Assembly (NCBI RefSeq): GCF_964355755.1
Contig: NC_092675.1
Location: forward strand, 22,850,912 to 22,914,911
DNA: 64,000 nucleotides
Direction of reading: 5' to 3'
Source of the DNA: Antedon mediterranea
Taxonomy: Eukaryota > Animalia > Echinodermata
Made by a program: the position numbers and the translations under genes. The notes under the pieces are model-generated. The model did not search any database. It had not been told where the DNA came from and was given only the letters and a program-made list of their open reading frames with translations. Below are positions 12,201 through 26,973 of this stretch, in pieces. Numbering within the stretch: position 1 is the stretch's first letter; each line of letters opens with the position of its first letter.

Positions 12201-15200
12201 TTACATGGCTCCTTCTTTCATAGTTCTGGATAATTGTCTTTCTCTCATTCTGGCAACCGAGGAAACGAATGTGTCCTGGATGCTGTGGCAAACGACCAGG
12301 TATTGCTTTGTAGGTATCAAATTGTTATTAAAATTGGTTTGAACATTAAAATGCTCTTTTCATACAAGTTGAGTTTTGTCAAACCATGAAAACATGATTA
12401 GTGTGTCTTGTAGGCTAAGTAATTTTACTACTAATAAAAACAAGTTTCTTATATTTGTTGTTCACATACAATTCTTAATTAATTTTAATTCTTGTCTCAA
12501 TCTTATCATATTTGATACTATATTGTTTTGCTTTTTTAGCATTGATGCGTTTTATAACAATATATTTTTAATACTACTTTTCGTTTTTCTCTTTAGCCCA
12601 GTAAATTTAGTAGACGCGTATGATGATCGCCTTCCATTCGCGTGTGCGTTCGCTGTAACCTCTACTTGTATCTTAGACCTTTTCACTGGTTCATTCTACT
12701 ATCAACCCGATGTCAGTGATATTCCGTCAATGCTATCGGGTATGTATATTACATTAATACATTTGACGCCTAATGTCACTATAGTTCTTGTTGCTTCCCA
12801 CCATGAAACAAATCGTTGCCAAAAGACTGCGATTACGTTTCAGGCATCTTTAAATTAGATTAGTTAATAAAAACCAGTCACCTAAATAAGTAGGTAAATA
12901 AAATACACACATTCCCAATGCCCATACACATACATTATACCAATCAAACACAGAGATGTGTACGTACCTAAAGTTACATGGTAAAAAAAAAATCAAATTT
13001 AATTAAAAAACTCAATAATTATAAAATCATTAATTACATGGAAAACATAACGACTTATTTTAGTAGTTAATACTCAAATGGCAGCTTCACACCAATAAAA
13101 ACATAACGTAATCATTATAATGTGGAAGAGTTAATAAATGAAATGATTTACGACCATAACCCAAAGATTGAGTGGGTGAGTGGCCGAGCGGTTAAGACAG
13201 TGGAACCGCAATTACGTAGCCATAACATCGGCATGGGTTCGAGGCTCACTCACTCCATGGTTCTGGTGGTAGAACGAGTCTTCTCGGATAAGGACTATAA
13301 ACCGTAGGTCCAGTGTACACATCTAGCTCGTGTGCACTTTAAAGAACCTAGTACATCTTTCGAGACGAGTAGGGGGTTACCCCGGTGTATTAGTACATCA
13401 CAACCACTGATCACCAACTGGGCCCTCTGGGAGACCAGTCTTTGACTGAAGAGGTTAACTTACCCAGTATAAATATATATTTCAATTCAATTCAATTGAT
13501 CTACCTTCGAAGAGTGCATTATATACCGTACCGTTACTGTAATTTGTAATAACGTCACTTATTTCATGAATATGATGTTTTGACATCAGTTAGAATGTTA
13601 TAGAATTGATCCCAAGTGAATGCTTTGTATAAAGTTCAAACTGTCATTAAAAAAAATGATAATATTATTCAATTGGATTTGATTAATAATAATTCTAATT
13701 CTTTTGACTCATACTGTTTATCTTTTATGGAAAGATAGTACAATATAATTGATTTTTAGTGAGATTTTGTTTGTCTTTTGAGATTTTTTTGTTCATTGTT
13801 CATTAGATCATTCAGTCATCTTTATTACGATTACCTATCATTGTCCTTTCAATATGCATTATTATTTTTTACAAAAAAACCCTGTTTTTATTGCTTTTTT
13901 TGTTTTTCTTTGATTCTTTATGTTTGTTAAATGTCATTTTACATTAAAGACGTCCTCTTACACTTTATAAAAGACATTCATGCATAGATGAAAAATGTAC
14001 ATATAAAATATGCAATATATCATTAATACATTAAAAAAACTCTTATACCTGTAACTGTTATATTTTTATTTTCCCATACGTTTTTTTTCTTTTTATATAT
14101 TTCACATTATATAAATATAATAGATCAGGTATTAGGCTACGACCTCCAAGAGCAAATCTTTGTAGAACTAGAAAATCCTTCGTTGTAAATAGCATTCATA
14201 TTTTTAATTCTAATGTAAGACGATAATGCAATTTTTAAATAGTTTTACATTTTTAACAGTTTTTTTTTTATTTTTAACTTTTTATCTTGTATTTTAATCT
14301 GATATAATACTGCACGTTTTAAATTGTGGCAACATTTTTTATGTGTGTTTTTTTATTGTTGTTTTAATCTACCAAGCAAAGTGAATTTCCATTTTTATGG
14401 ACAAATAAAATTTCTTGAATCTTGAATCTTAAATATATATGATTTATTGGCTTTTTTTACTGTCCTCAAAAGCATGATAAATAAAGATGAATACAATCAA
14501 ACTTTGATTAGGTAATTTTTGTACTTTTAATCAAGCTATTCACTTTCGCTAAAAATAAACACCAAAAAGACAATATATCTTAAAACAATAAGAAAAAGAT
14601 ATGTTCTCAAGAGTAACCTAACAAGTTCACACTATGCAATCTACCTTATTTCATTTCATTCTGCAATCTATATATAGAAATTTATTCTATAAGTCTATCA
14701 TCTTGTGACAGTTTATTATCCGAACTAATTGATAGTTAGTCATTTCGCCCACATGATCACAGTAATTTATCAAAGGAAAAAAAAACTCTATGTAGCCGGC
14801 AATGTGCATTAAACACTTCAGATTAGGTAATTATCACATACGAAAAAAAGTGCAAGCCTTTAAGAAAAATAAAACATTAATTTTAATAGTTAAAGTCAAA
14901 TAAATTATCATTTCCAAACACTATAAACACTATTTGTTCGAACAATCACGTTTAGGCTTACCTGTATCATTAAAAAAGATTGGCTGGTGACAAATATATA
15001 AGCTAATACTTAATAACAAATACTGTAAATAGTACACACAAAGTGAAAGGTAATAAGAATTAACTATTTATGACAACACTTTAACTTAAATTTACTCAAT
15101 AATACAGATGTTAGAAATTAGAATATAATACTAGTATATCGAATAGAGGTTACATTTGAGCCCAAGTAAACAGCGGATACCCTGCTCCAACAGGATAACA

Positions 15201-18200
15201 ATTTATTTAACTACTGTCACGGAGTAGCTTTGCGTCAGAAAGTTTAGTAATTTTAAGAACACTTTGACGTAATTGTGTATTTTATACTACTCTAAGTACA
15301 TTAGGAATACTTGGGAAAATGGTTAATAAAAAGGTTAGTAATGACATAGAATTCGCCGAATTTCAAAAAGATTACTAGGGTCAAAAGGACACTAATAAAT
15401 ATGTTTTTTTCCGAGAATAGATATTAGAGTTTAAAATAACATACATCTACGAGTCGCAAACGCGTTGCTTGTAATGCTCTGTCTACACTATCAAACTAGT
15501 TTTAAAAAAAAATTGTGATGTGCTCAAATATGGTAGTGATATGCCCAAATATGGTAGTGATATGACATCATCATGTCCATATGGGCACATCATATTTTGT
15601 TGTCACAAAGTTTGACAGTGTAGACAGAGCTTTAGACATGACATTAGGCATCTTTCGCGGTCATTTTAATGAGACGACAAAGATCACAACAACGCCAGTT
15701 CTAACAATTCTTTTCGTTTTAAGACGCAGTACCAGTAGCCTAAGTCAGGATAGGTTTAAAAAGTCTTGGACATTATTCTCCAACTTCCACCAATTTCCGA
15801 ATACTGATCTCTCTTCGATCTAGTAATGAATTAATTACCCTTTGTCAGATTTAACTAAATATTTAATTTACTAATGAAATGTATAATCATCAACAAAACT
15901 AGCTGTCTCGTCCAAAATGTCATCTTGATTGATTTTAATTAACGTATTTGAGACGGGTTAAAATGACAATGAATAAACTCAAATGGACCTTTATTGACCT
16001 GATGGTGAACTTATTTTATAAGGCGTTCAATCATGTTATACATAATTCTAATCTCGTAAAAATCTGAAAATGAAACAGTAGACTAAACATTTCCCAGAAA
16101 ACTCACATGAGATTATATTAAACTTCATTTAAAATCTAAATTCATATCTAAATACCATCATTGTTTTCTCCACACGAACCAAATGAAAGAACGTTGACGT
16201 ATATTACCAGATTCAGTTTCAGATTCGATTTATTAAGTCATTCATCCATTTCTTGGCAGAAAAACACAAGCAAAACAATACACACATAATATTTACATTC
16301 GTGATCAACTTGGAACTAACTGATCAAGAAATATAAAATACAAAAAACTTCATGACCTATCTTTGGAACTCATTGTTGAGTAGTGTAATATCGCTATGTA
16401 AGAATGAAAATTTATGTCTATTGGTTTTAACTGGAATTGTTGTTAATCATGTCCTAATGCATGGTATTATCGTTCATTTTAGGTACAATACAGGTGTTGA
16501 TCTGTTTCGTAAACGTTATCGAAGTATGCATTGTATATTACCCTCTCTTACTTTGTTTATCTACACCTGCATCTTTGCTTGGAAACTTCATTGGTTTCCT
16601 TTACACGGCAAATTGGTAAGCTTCTTAGAATGTCAAGCAGATACTATACTCTGTTTGAACAATTCTAAAGCTATGTCCTACACTATCAAACTTGATGTGA
16701 CAAACAAATGTGATGTTCCTATATATGGACATGATGATGTCAGCACTACCATATTTAAGTATATCACTTCCATATTTGGCCACATTATATTTTTTTTATA
16801 GTGTAGACAGAGCTTTACCAAGTATATCACGTCAAAAGCATTTATTCAAATGGGATAATTTCATGGTCATTATACCTAAACTATTTCAATAATATGTAAC
16901 CTTTTTTTTCTTGTGAATTTAAACTTAGAATAATATATTTGATAAATTATGTATGATACCACCACCAAACTTTCCAGTTAAAAATCAAAATTGTGAAGCA
17001 TTTGATGAATATGTAAACTGCCTTAAAATACCGTGACATGTTTCGAGAATACTATTCTCATCATCAGAACTGAAATCAACGCCTAGAGTACTTTTATATC
17101 AATAACACAGGTTGTATTTAAATGAGGCAATAATTAGCATGATAAAAAAGCGAGGTAAACGGACAACAAACATCATATGGCAAGCGTGACGCCTAATGTA
17201 TTGGTAATGGCCAGTCTTAGGCTGTGTTTATATAACACCCTACATTTGAAGACGTCTTTAATTTTTAGCACTTTTAGCACTGTTAGTAGGTTATCGTTTA
17301 TTCACTATTACTTTTTTTACTATTAAATATTTAATGAGTTTTAAGTTCTTTTTTCTCTTTAGGTTATTTTTCTATATTATACGCTTCGCAGACTGTCCAG
17401 TTGATTCCGGGGTAAGCATCCTTTAAAAACATTTAAATGCAAATGATACCGTAGATGATATAACTTCTCTCGTGGTAGGTCTAAGGTAAAGTAAAGTATG
17501 ATGTAGACTTACCACGCTACCATAACCCTATCATGCCACACATACAGCATGAAGGAAGTAGCTGGTTAGCTAATACTGTACTGTATGACGATTATTTAAA
17601 GATCTAAACAATAATTACATTATAACAGGATTTATCTCCACAATTTCGGGTATAAAACATTCATAAAGTTATAGAATGGTAGCTTTTCAACTTCAACTTC
17701 AAATTGTTTTAAACATTAAGTACATCACTGTATTAAGTAAATGTAAATGTGCTAGATCTACATGTGTCTGATGTTCTGGTGTTATTAATATAACATTGAC
17801 AATTTCATAAAAAATTCTCTCTCATTAATGATAGAAATTTGATTTGGTTACATTAATAATTTATATTATAGAAAAAAAAGGCCATATACACATGGCCGCA
17901 GTCGGTGCTCAAATTTGAGCTAGTGTTTACCGACTGACCAACCGACCGGTTCAAAAAACGATATTACGTATACTGAAATACTCTACTAAACACAACGAAA
18001 AGGTGTGGTGGTGTTTTCCATTCCGAGAGAGCCTGTTTGTATCTTAGAGCACTTCAGACCATCTTACGATCCGACGAACAATCCTTTAATGCATTCAACG
18101 TCAATAAGTTTATAGTAGTCTTTTGATATAGTGATTCAAGTATATTCTTCAAGTAAAGTGCTTGTTTTTACTTATCAATGATTGTAATCGATTACTTGTC

Positions 18201-21200
18201 GCTGTTCGGTGTAAATGTGTTTCATCATTGTTACTGTTCTAAGAACTCGTGGTAATTTTAAGTATATACATACCGCAATGAAAAGTAGGCAACGGGATGA
18301 ATATGCATATATACAAATGTATCTCTAGGCCTAAACAACAGTTATTAGTCCTAAGTGATCAGTATGTATTTTTAATTTGCTTTTTTAGGTTGTAGGTGAC
18401 CTGTACGCAGAAATACTGGGTCCTGTGTATGCCTGCTATGTAATTCTTTTAGTTCGATTTGCATGGGGTTTATTCAAAGACGTAAAACTTTGGTATCAGT
18501 CATATAAAGAAACAAAGGTTAGTTTGTCATTTTCTTACAGAAATTAATTGATACTTCTCTGTTTGGAAAGAACATTCTTGATGTCTGTAACATTCCATCA
18601 AGGATTTTTTGGGGATCAGTTGGATCACAATATGCATAAATAATTCTTGGAGTTATGCAATTTTGTAAGAGAAGCTACAGAACAAGTGTTGTTCCCTTCA
18701 GTGTCATCAATAAGGAGGTATATGCGTGTATGCTTCTTTGAATGTCTCACTGGAAATGAGGTCGGGCTAGGAAAATGATACAAGAGGAAACAGTGTTTTC
18801 AACATATGGGTTGCCACAGTTGGTAGGATTTGTTGAAGACGTAATGATAATAGTCAAGTAGCTTGCTATATGTTTAGTTTAAACATGCTGTTAACATTTT
18901 CTTTACTGGTGAAAGTCTATGCTATAAGAACGACTAGTCAAACAATGGCGTCACATAATAAGTGATTCAAATTAATTAGATTTTTCCCCCTTGTTTCGGT
19001 TTGTCTTGTTTTCACTAAATAAAAAATACGATCACTTAGCGAGAGCCAAAATATAGAAAAAATTCACAAAACACCTAAAATGTTCACTCATATATCTTCA
19101 AAAAATCAATTTATACAAAAAATATAGTGCATAAAAACTTAACACTACACTATTTTTATCTTGGTAATACAGTATCTCATCTGTATCATATGTGTTGTCA
19201 CATATTATATTACTGTAACAAAATATTCCTATAATGAGATTTCTAGATACAGTAGTGAGATTCGAACTGCAAACGAACTAAATCCAGTCACCAAATATGC
19301 CTTAACCTGATCTTAACAGAAGAAATTTACACACGTCATAGACATTAATTGTCTACGTCCGTCTACTGTAAGTTACAGTGCCGCTGTTACATATATATTC
19401 TGGTCTTATGATATTTGAAATAATAAACTGAATTGAACTGTTATTTTTTATAGAATGCATGTATTTCTTAATACCTTCATCGTTATTATTTGCACAAATT
19501 AATGTATTCTTTTTAATTCGAGGATAAATTAACTAAAAATAGACATAATGACCACATTACACAAAGGAAAATTCACCAATATAATAGACTTCAGTTAATA
19601 TATTACGTGACTTGATATTTTAATTAATGAGTACCATTTTTTCATGAGTTTATTACGTCAATACAAATACAAAGTAAATAGGGTATGAAGATCTACTAAC
19701 TAATTGTATATGACTATAATGCACTGGCATTTCCCATCTAGTAGTGTTTAATAGGTTTTCATAGACAGTTCCGTTTAAGCTACTTAGTGTATTATTTTGT
19801 TCATCTTTTGAGGTAGGTCTACTTGATAATAAACATCACGGCATTATAGTTTACTGCAAAACACGCAGAAACGATTAATTTGTTGCGAATTATTGCCATC
19901 AATTATTGGTTGAAATATTGAAAATGTGCTATAATTCCATAATTATGTGAGTATGCACGTTTTTATGTTCAAATATTTACGTTTAATGTATGTTTTTGGA
20001 CATTTTAATACATTCAGTACGATTAAATGACCCAAATAAAACATCGACCTTATAATGACCCGACACTGATATAGCCAATACATTAAAATCTGTCTTGCTG
20101 CTTTTCCCCAAATTACTATTAAAAGACAATTCTGGTTTTAAATGTAAAAATAAATGATATATAATCACAACTTTGATAGCATTTTCCGGAAAAGAGGTGA
20201 TGGTTTGTGAAATCATTAAACAAGAAGAACATATATTTTACTCACGTTAATATTCCTCTCAAGTAAAACATATTGACATTTTAGTTGGAATACAAAGAAC
20301 GTATTTGCGCGACAATAAATAATTACACACCGGTTTATTTTACTTTAAACTTCCGATCACATTGTTCGTATCAATACATTTTAACGGTTTATTTCCTTGC
20401 CTTTTATGATTTAGTCTTTAAAAAAAGTACGTAAATTAATGAAATGTTACCTTACTTTGGACATGAAACGTAATAATACGGTGATTATATTGTTTCATAA
20501 CAAATACGATTATTAAACTTAAATGATTATTTTAGTGCATTTCGTAGTCGACTGCGGTGTTTATGCGATCAATTTGGTTATTATACAGATCAAACGTTTG
20601 CGTATCATCACGTGGGGGAGGGGGGGGGGGATGACATCAATTTTCTACTGTACGTGTATCGTTGCCTTTTGATGGGTGATTAAGTGCGTGTCACGTGAAG
20701 TGAATTATTCGGGTATTACTTTGCAAGTTCAGATGGTTCATTGCACGTTCAGTTTGCACGTGAGGCTGGTGTATCCCGTCTATGCAAGCGGCTTAATGAT
20801 ATTCACGGTAGATGTATGTAGTTAGTTAGTGCGTGGCCGAGCAGTGGAACCATATTGATTACGTAGCCATAACATCAGCTAACATTCGACCAACCAACCG
20901 ACATACTGAGCTGTAAAGTCGACCAGAGTATCTTTCAACATATACCACTCATAAATATTCATTAGTTGTTTACTATTTAAATTAATTCTTATTTTTTCTA
21001 TTGAGCCGCTTAAGTACAGACGATTTACTTACGCCATAAATGCCAGTCAGTCAACAACAGTACTACATCAACTTCATTATTCAATACCAATGAAATAGTG
21101 GACATTGAACTCATTTAACTTTAAAACAAATCTTATATAAGACAATTGTGAATGTTGCACTCAAATATACGAATATATAGTTGAATGTACCCATAAAAAA

Positions 21201-24200
21201 TAACAACAATTATAACCCACATTGACGTGAATGACAATGAAGGTAATAGACAAAACGAACTCGATGCTGACAGTGACAGAAACTAAAATAAAAATAATTA
21301 AATATAAAATAATTTTAAAAAAAAACTGTTTATCGTGGGTTTTAGATTCATTTTCGTCGTTTCCGTATCCGTGATTCATTTTCGTTTTTGTCACTGTTAT
21401 CTTCCATTTTTTGGCTGTTTGTCTTCATGGTCGTCGTTTTCATCTCCGTACAACATGCCATTTTTGTTCGTTTGTCGCTATCATTATAGCTGTTACCGTA
21501 GCTATTATTGTCATTGTCGTCGTTTTCGTCTCCGTACAGTTTGTCATTTTCGTTTTTGTCACTTTCATCGTCGGTGTTGTCTTGGGTATTATTTTCATTT
21601 TCGTCGTTTTCATCTCCGTAGAACTTGCCATTTTCGTTCTAGTCGCTATTATTGTAGTTGTCACCGTAGCTGTTATCGTCATTGTCGTATTTTCATCTCC
21701 GTGAAGTTTGTCATTTTCGTCCTTGTCACTGTCATTGACGGTGTTGTCTTGGCTATTATTTTTATTTTCGTCATTTTCATCTCATCTTAGTTGTCATCGT
21801 AGATATTATCGTCATTGTCGTCGTTTTCGTCTCCATACAACATGCCATTTTTGTTCTTTTGTCGCTATCATTGTAGTTGTCGACGTAGATATTATCTTCA
21901 TTGTCGTCGTTTTCGTCTCCGTACAGTTTGTTATTCGGTCTTGTCAATGTCATCGTCGCTTTTGTCTCCCCATGTCCCTTTTCGCATTTGTCACGTCATT
22001 GTCGGTTTTGTCGTGAGTATTATTTTCATTGTCGTCATTTTCATCTCCGTACTTTATTTTTAGTTTTGTCACTGTCATCTTATTTTGGGCTATTATCGTC
22101 ATTGTCGTCATTTTATTATCGGATTCTCCTCCGCCTGAAGTAATAGTTGCCGCTGCAATCTTCAATCTCATTATTTGTTGTTGTCAAATTTTTCAAGTTT
22201 TTGTCTTTGTTACCGGTGTTAATTGATCATTATCTAATTATTCTTCATTTTTAGTTTCACGGTCTAGTCTTTTTTTGTTACAATTCCAATGTTGTCTTTG
22301 CTTTGTAATAATATTACTAATATATAACTTTATAATTGTGCTTTAACAGACAATGAATGTGGTGTTGTCTAGAAGCTCAATTACTCCAATAGCTGCTGCA
22401 GACATGGTAATTATTATTTTTTGTTTAAACATTTTATCAGAATATCGAACATTAAAAATTCTATTCCGTAAAAATAGCAGGAACTATAAATACATTATGT
22501 TCATACTAAAATGACGAACAAACAAAAACAAAAGAAAAAGTAATTATTATGGATACATTCGAAGAAAACCAATTTATTAAAGAGTTTTCTAGACACCCGA
22601 AAGAAGAAGGTAAAACCTTCAAATGGCAAACCTGGTTTGGAAGAGCCAAAATGCATACGGAATGTTTTATTCCATATGTACCGACTGCGAGTTGTATAAC
22701 TAATGCATGGTTATTTTTAGTTTTTTCGCTTGGTTATAAGTCGGTTATAAAAAAAAATTGATTTAGACTGATATATCGCATTGGATGTAACTTTTATGTT
22801 ATTACAGTTTATACAACCTATTTTCAGATTGAGGATAATGACCCGATCTTCTGTGCTTTTACTAAAAGTCATTACTATAAGTATGTGCTGACTCTTCTTC
22901 ATAAACCAAAAGAGTAAGTATTCTGCGTTTACAATGATGAATCCAGGTTTTAGTTAATTACTCCTCATTTTAGGATCCACTTTTTTATTAGCTGCCAGTC
23001 ATTGATACAGTATACAAATATTACCTACCTGCTTGGAGATATCATCTGAGAGAATGGTGTGTTTTTCTTGATATTGATTGATCTTGCAAGTCGGGATTAT
23101 TTTCTAATTTGAAAGTTAATTAGGCCTATATTTAGACAATATAAAAAAAGAAATAATTGTGATTTTGTTATCTAATGTGTGACAAGGCATCTGTAAGAGT
23201 TTTTAGACCTAATTAATTTAATTTTAATACACGTATTCCTAACAGTCAGCTTATAATATACATATATAAAACTTTAGCGTCAGTCACGTTGTATCCTCTT
23301 TGTAAAAATTAAATTTACAAATTTAAAGGCACAGGCGTTTTACTGAAGAGTATTTTTCATTGTTATAGCACGTTTCAAAAGACAAGAACATTAATTTTAT
23401 TTGTAAAGCAAATTCTTTGAGATATAAAAGTACTTTATTCAGATGGTTAGGTATACGTTAGGCGCCGGTAAGCTATCTTGTTTTTGTCTTAAATGTATGT
23501 ACCTGTATCTCAACGCATCCGAATACACGTGTATTCCAATTGGTACGAGTTGTACTATGTTGAAATTATTAAAAAATTGCAATATACGTTATGCTTGTTT
23601 ATGTTAACTTTGTTAATGTTGTCATTAGGGAAGATGTCGGAAGATGTCGAAAGTATATATCCAAAGTATACAAGAACATACCTTGTGAGTACAATTTGTC
23701 CTTACTCATCTTATTCATACTGCTTCAAATCATGATTTACCATAATTGGTCATTATGGATCTATTCTGAGCAATATATTTATTAAGTATCAGATTATGAT
23801 GTGATGGATGCTAGTCAAGTCACTCCTTTTCAAAGTCACCTCATTGAATGTCGCCCCTTTGAACGTCAACCTTTCGCCCCTTAAGCTTGGTTCCCACTAG
23901 AACGTAACGCAAGGACGTAAACGCAACGCAAGCGTTTTAACCAATGACAAGCGAAGTTATAGACAGTTAGAAATCACAAGCGAATAAGCCATCACTTGTG
24001 ATTGGTCAATTCACTTGCGTCGCGTCACGTCACGCTTTAGGATGTTAGTAGAAATATAACTGTTGTGAATATTTTGTATTCTATATGGTTATGAATTTCA
24101 TCATAATTTTCTTTATCATAATATAAATTTACATCCTAAAAATGTACCGAACTCTTTTTTATTACGCCATTTTTAGTTCACGATGTGTATTATTTGGGTA

Positions 24201-26939
24201 TTCCTATCACAAGTGATGTACGTTGATATGTACGTTTTTCTAATTAGGCCTACGTGAACTTGTAATACGAATTATTTGTAATTGAATGTTCTTTATTGCT
24301 TACTTTGAACTTTTTTTTAGATTTCAGATATTCAACACGATTTATCTGTACATTTGTCTTATCTGTTTTAACGCTACACCAGGTATGTTACAATGTTTGA
24401 GCCCGAAATTAATGTTTGTTTAAATGAAGACATAATGCTTATTATATACAGTATAGTCATCTTAAACATACTGACATTAAAGTAACGTAATGTATTATAG
24501 AAATTTGTAGAATGCTTTAAAGAAAACACTAGGCCTAATACAAGATGACACAAAAACTGCAAACATTTCTAATCATATGTACTAGATAACCAGTCATTTA
24601 TATGAATGATCAATTGCATTGTAGAGATTGGTGATGACAATCACTTTCAATTATCCTTCTGGTCACTTTTTATTCAATTAATAGGTTGGTATTTTATATA
24701 CATATGCTGTGAAAGAAAAGTTGGATGAACTATTTAAAACATTGTTTAACGATACGTATATCCCGGAAGAGGACCTATCACGCCCTGATGGAAATATTAC
24801 AGATGATTACAATTATGCCAAAGAACTCTTCCAAGTTGCATCAGGTATGTATTTTTCTCTAAATAAAGTTGTGATAGAAGATTTTCGTGATTTTACAATA
24901 TTATGTGGAGTTGTGGCTTGATGGTTATGATGCTTGGTGGTTATGATGCTTGGCTACCACTCCAATGGTCCTGGGTTCAAGTCCCGTCACATGTCAGGAT
25001 TTTTTCTAAGAACAAAATTACAACTCTAATCCCAAAGACTTGTAATAAGACTTTGTTCATCGTTAAAAAAAATTGAATTGATTGACTTGCAATTTGTTGC
25101 AATGCGAGTAGAATTTTCTATTGTAAATTGACTTTTTTCTTAAAATTGTTCTCTAAGAAGAACAAAATTTACTCAAATTTACATAAATGAGAGTACATTG
25201 TTTAATCTAATCTTTTCTGTTAAAACTAAAAGAAGTATATAGCACCGCTTTAATAACATTCTTATTTTACGACGCTCTATCAGAAAATGCACCCGATTTT
25301 GCAGCTGTCAGTAGGTTGAGTCCAACTGACTATCGCATGTCATTTAGAAACGAGACTAGCTGTATTAATATACTTTTAATACACAATATCTCAGTACAGT
25401 TATAAGGTTGTTAATAAACTATATAAAATGTTAAACTTGGTGCTACTCTTAAATCTACTGACGTATTAGACTTTAATTATTACGAATGATCTTGCATTGC
25501 CGAAGGCTTCACTACCTTTACGATTTAACGTTAACGTTACTGATTTGTCGGAATCACATCTTTCCGGTTAGTGTTACGTTTTAAAGTGTTGTTTTCCGAT
25601 TATTATAATGAGGGGAGGAATTAATACAAGAACATACTGTTATTATTGATTTTAATTATGTATCTTCAATAAATCATGTGAATTGAATAATTTCCGAATT
25701 TGTTCATATTACTTTTTAAAAATGTGGGATAATTCCATAAATCTATAGTTTAAAATACCAACTATTCTATGTATGAACGTTTATGTTGCTCTACTCATTA
25801 CAATCTTAATGTTAACACTTACAAACACACTTTAAGCACAAGATGACGAGATCAAACATACAGTACTTGTAAACGTAATGTTATAATCGTTACTCATGTA
25901 GATTCGTTTTACGTAACAAGTTGGATATCGTACACTATAGGAATGCTGTCTCTAGTCCATAGTCTCGTTGTATACAGGTTAGTTATTCACAATACGTTTG
26001 GATTTGGAACCATTCGATCGACGAACTGTTTCATAAACGTATTTTTTATTTCATTTAATTAAAACAATAACAAAATCTTGTACACTTTGACATGTTTACC
26101 GTATTATAATGCAAATCATCACTATTTATTTAATTCCTGCCATACAAATTTCAATTTACTTAATTAGTAATGTCAACTTCATCTGCCAAACGTCGCGCAT
26201 CAAATAGTGTTCACCTAATTCTACATGAAGTTCACACTGATTATGCTTGACTTACCTGAAAACAAAACTAAAATTATGTATAGCTATTGATATTATAAAC
26301 ATTAGTGTGGAATATGTTACTTGGATTCGAAATGCCTTCCTACCGCTATCAAAAAACCATTAACATCATTAGTATCGTTATTATCACCATTAGTATATTG
26401 CATAGACGGCCTCCGTGACCTTTTCCTGATTTGAATAATATTGAATGTAATGTTACATTTTATTTATCATTTTATTTTATTTTGTTTTTGCTTTTGTTGA
26501 CCTTTCTTGTCTGTTGTTGTCTGGTTAGGAGGCACCGGATCCCTGAAAAGATCAAGACTTAACCGATGCTAACTGGGGTAATTACACACTGATCCCCAGT
26601 TAAGCTTGGTTCCCAATAAAACGTAACGCAAGGACGTAAACGCAACGCAAGCGTTTTAACCAATGACAAGCGAAGTTATAGACAGTTAGCAATCAAAAGC
26701 GAATAAGCCATCGCTTGTGATTGGTCAATTCACTTGCGTTGCGTTACGCCCTTGCGTTGCGTCGCTAGTGGGAACCACGCTTTAGCCTTGATGGTGTATC
26801 CCCATACTCCAGTTTGGGTGCTAACTTGGTGTTTTTGTCTTTTTGTTTTCTTCCTTTTTGTTTCCCCTCTTTCTCTTTATTGTTGAGCGCATAGAGACAA
26901 CTTTTATTTGCGATATATAAATCTGTCTATCTATCTATC

Positions 26940-26973
<34 letters not shown>

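Noticed and set aside
13170-13260. tRNA gene
   Set aside because: A and B boxes are present but there is no clean cloverleaf, and it continues into a SINE body and (TTCAA)n tail. The same applies at 24907 and 32835.
21431-22050. Regularly spaced repeats superficially like a CRISPR array
   Set aside because: The intervening sequences are homologous to each other, the context is a eukaryotic intron, and there are no cas genes.
21161-22226. Ten overlapping ORFs rich in V/I/F, T/M/K or R/H/C
   Set aside because: Products of the triplet-based minisatellite; no frame is maintained across units.
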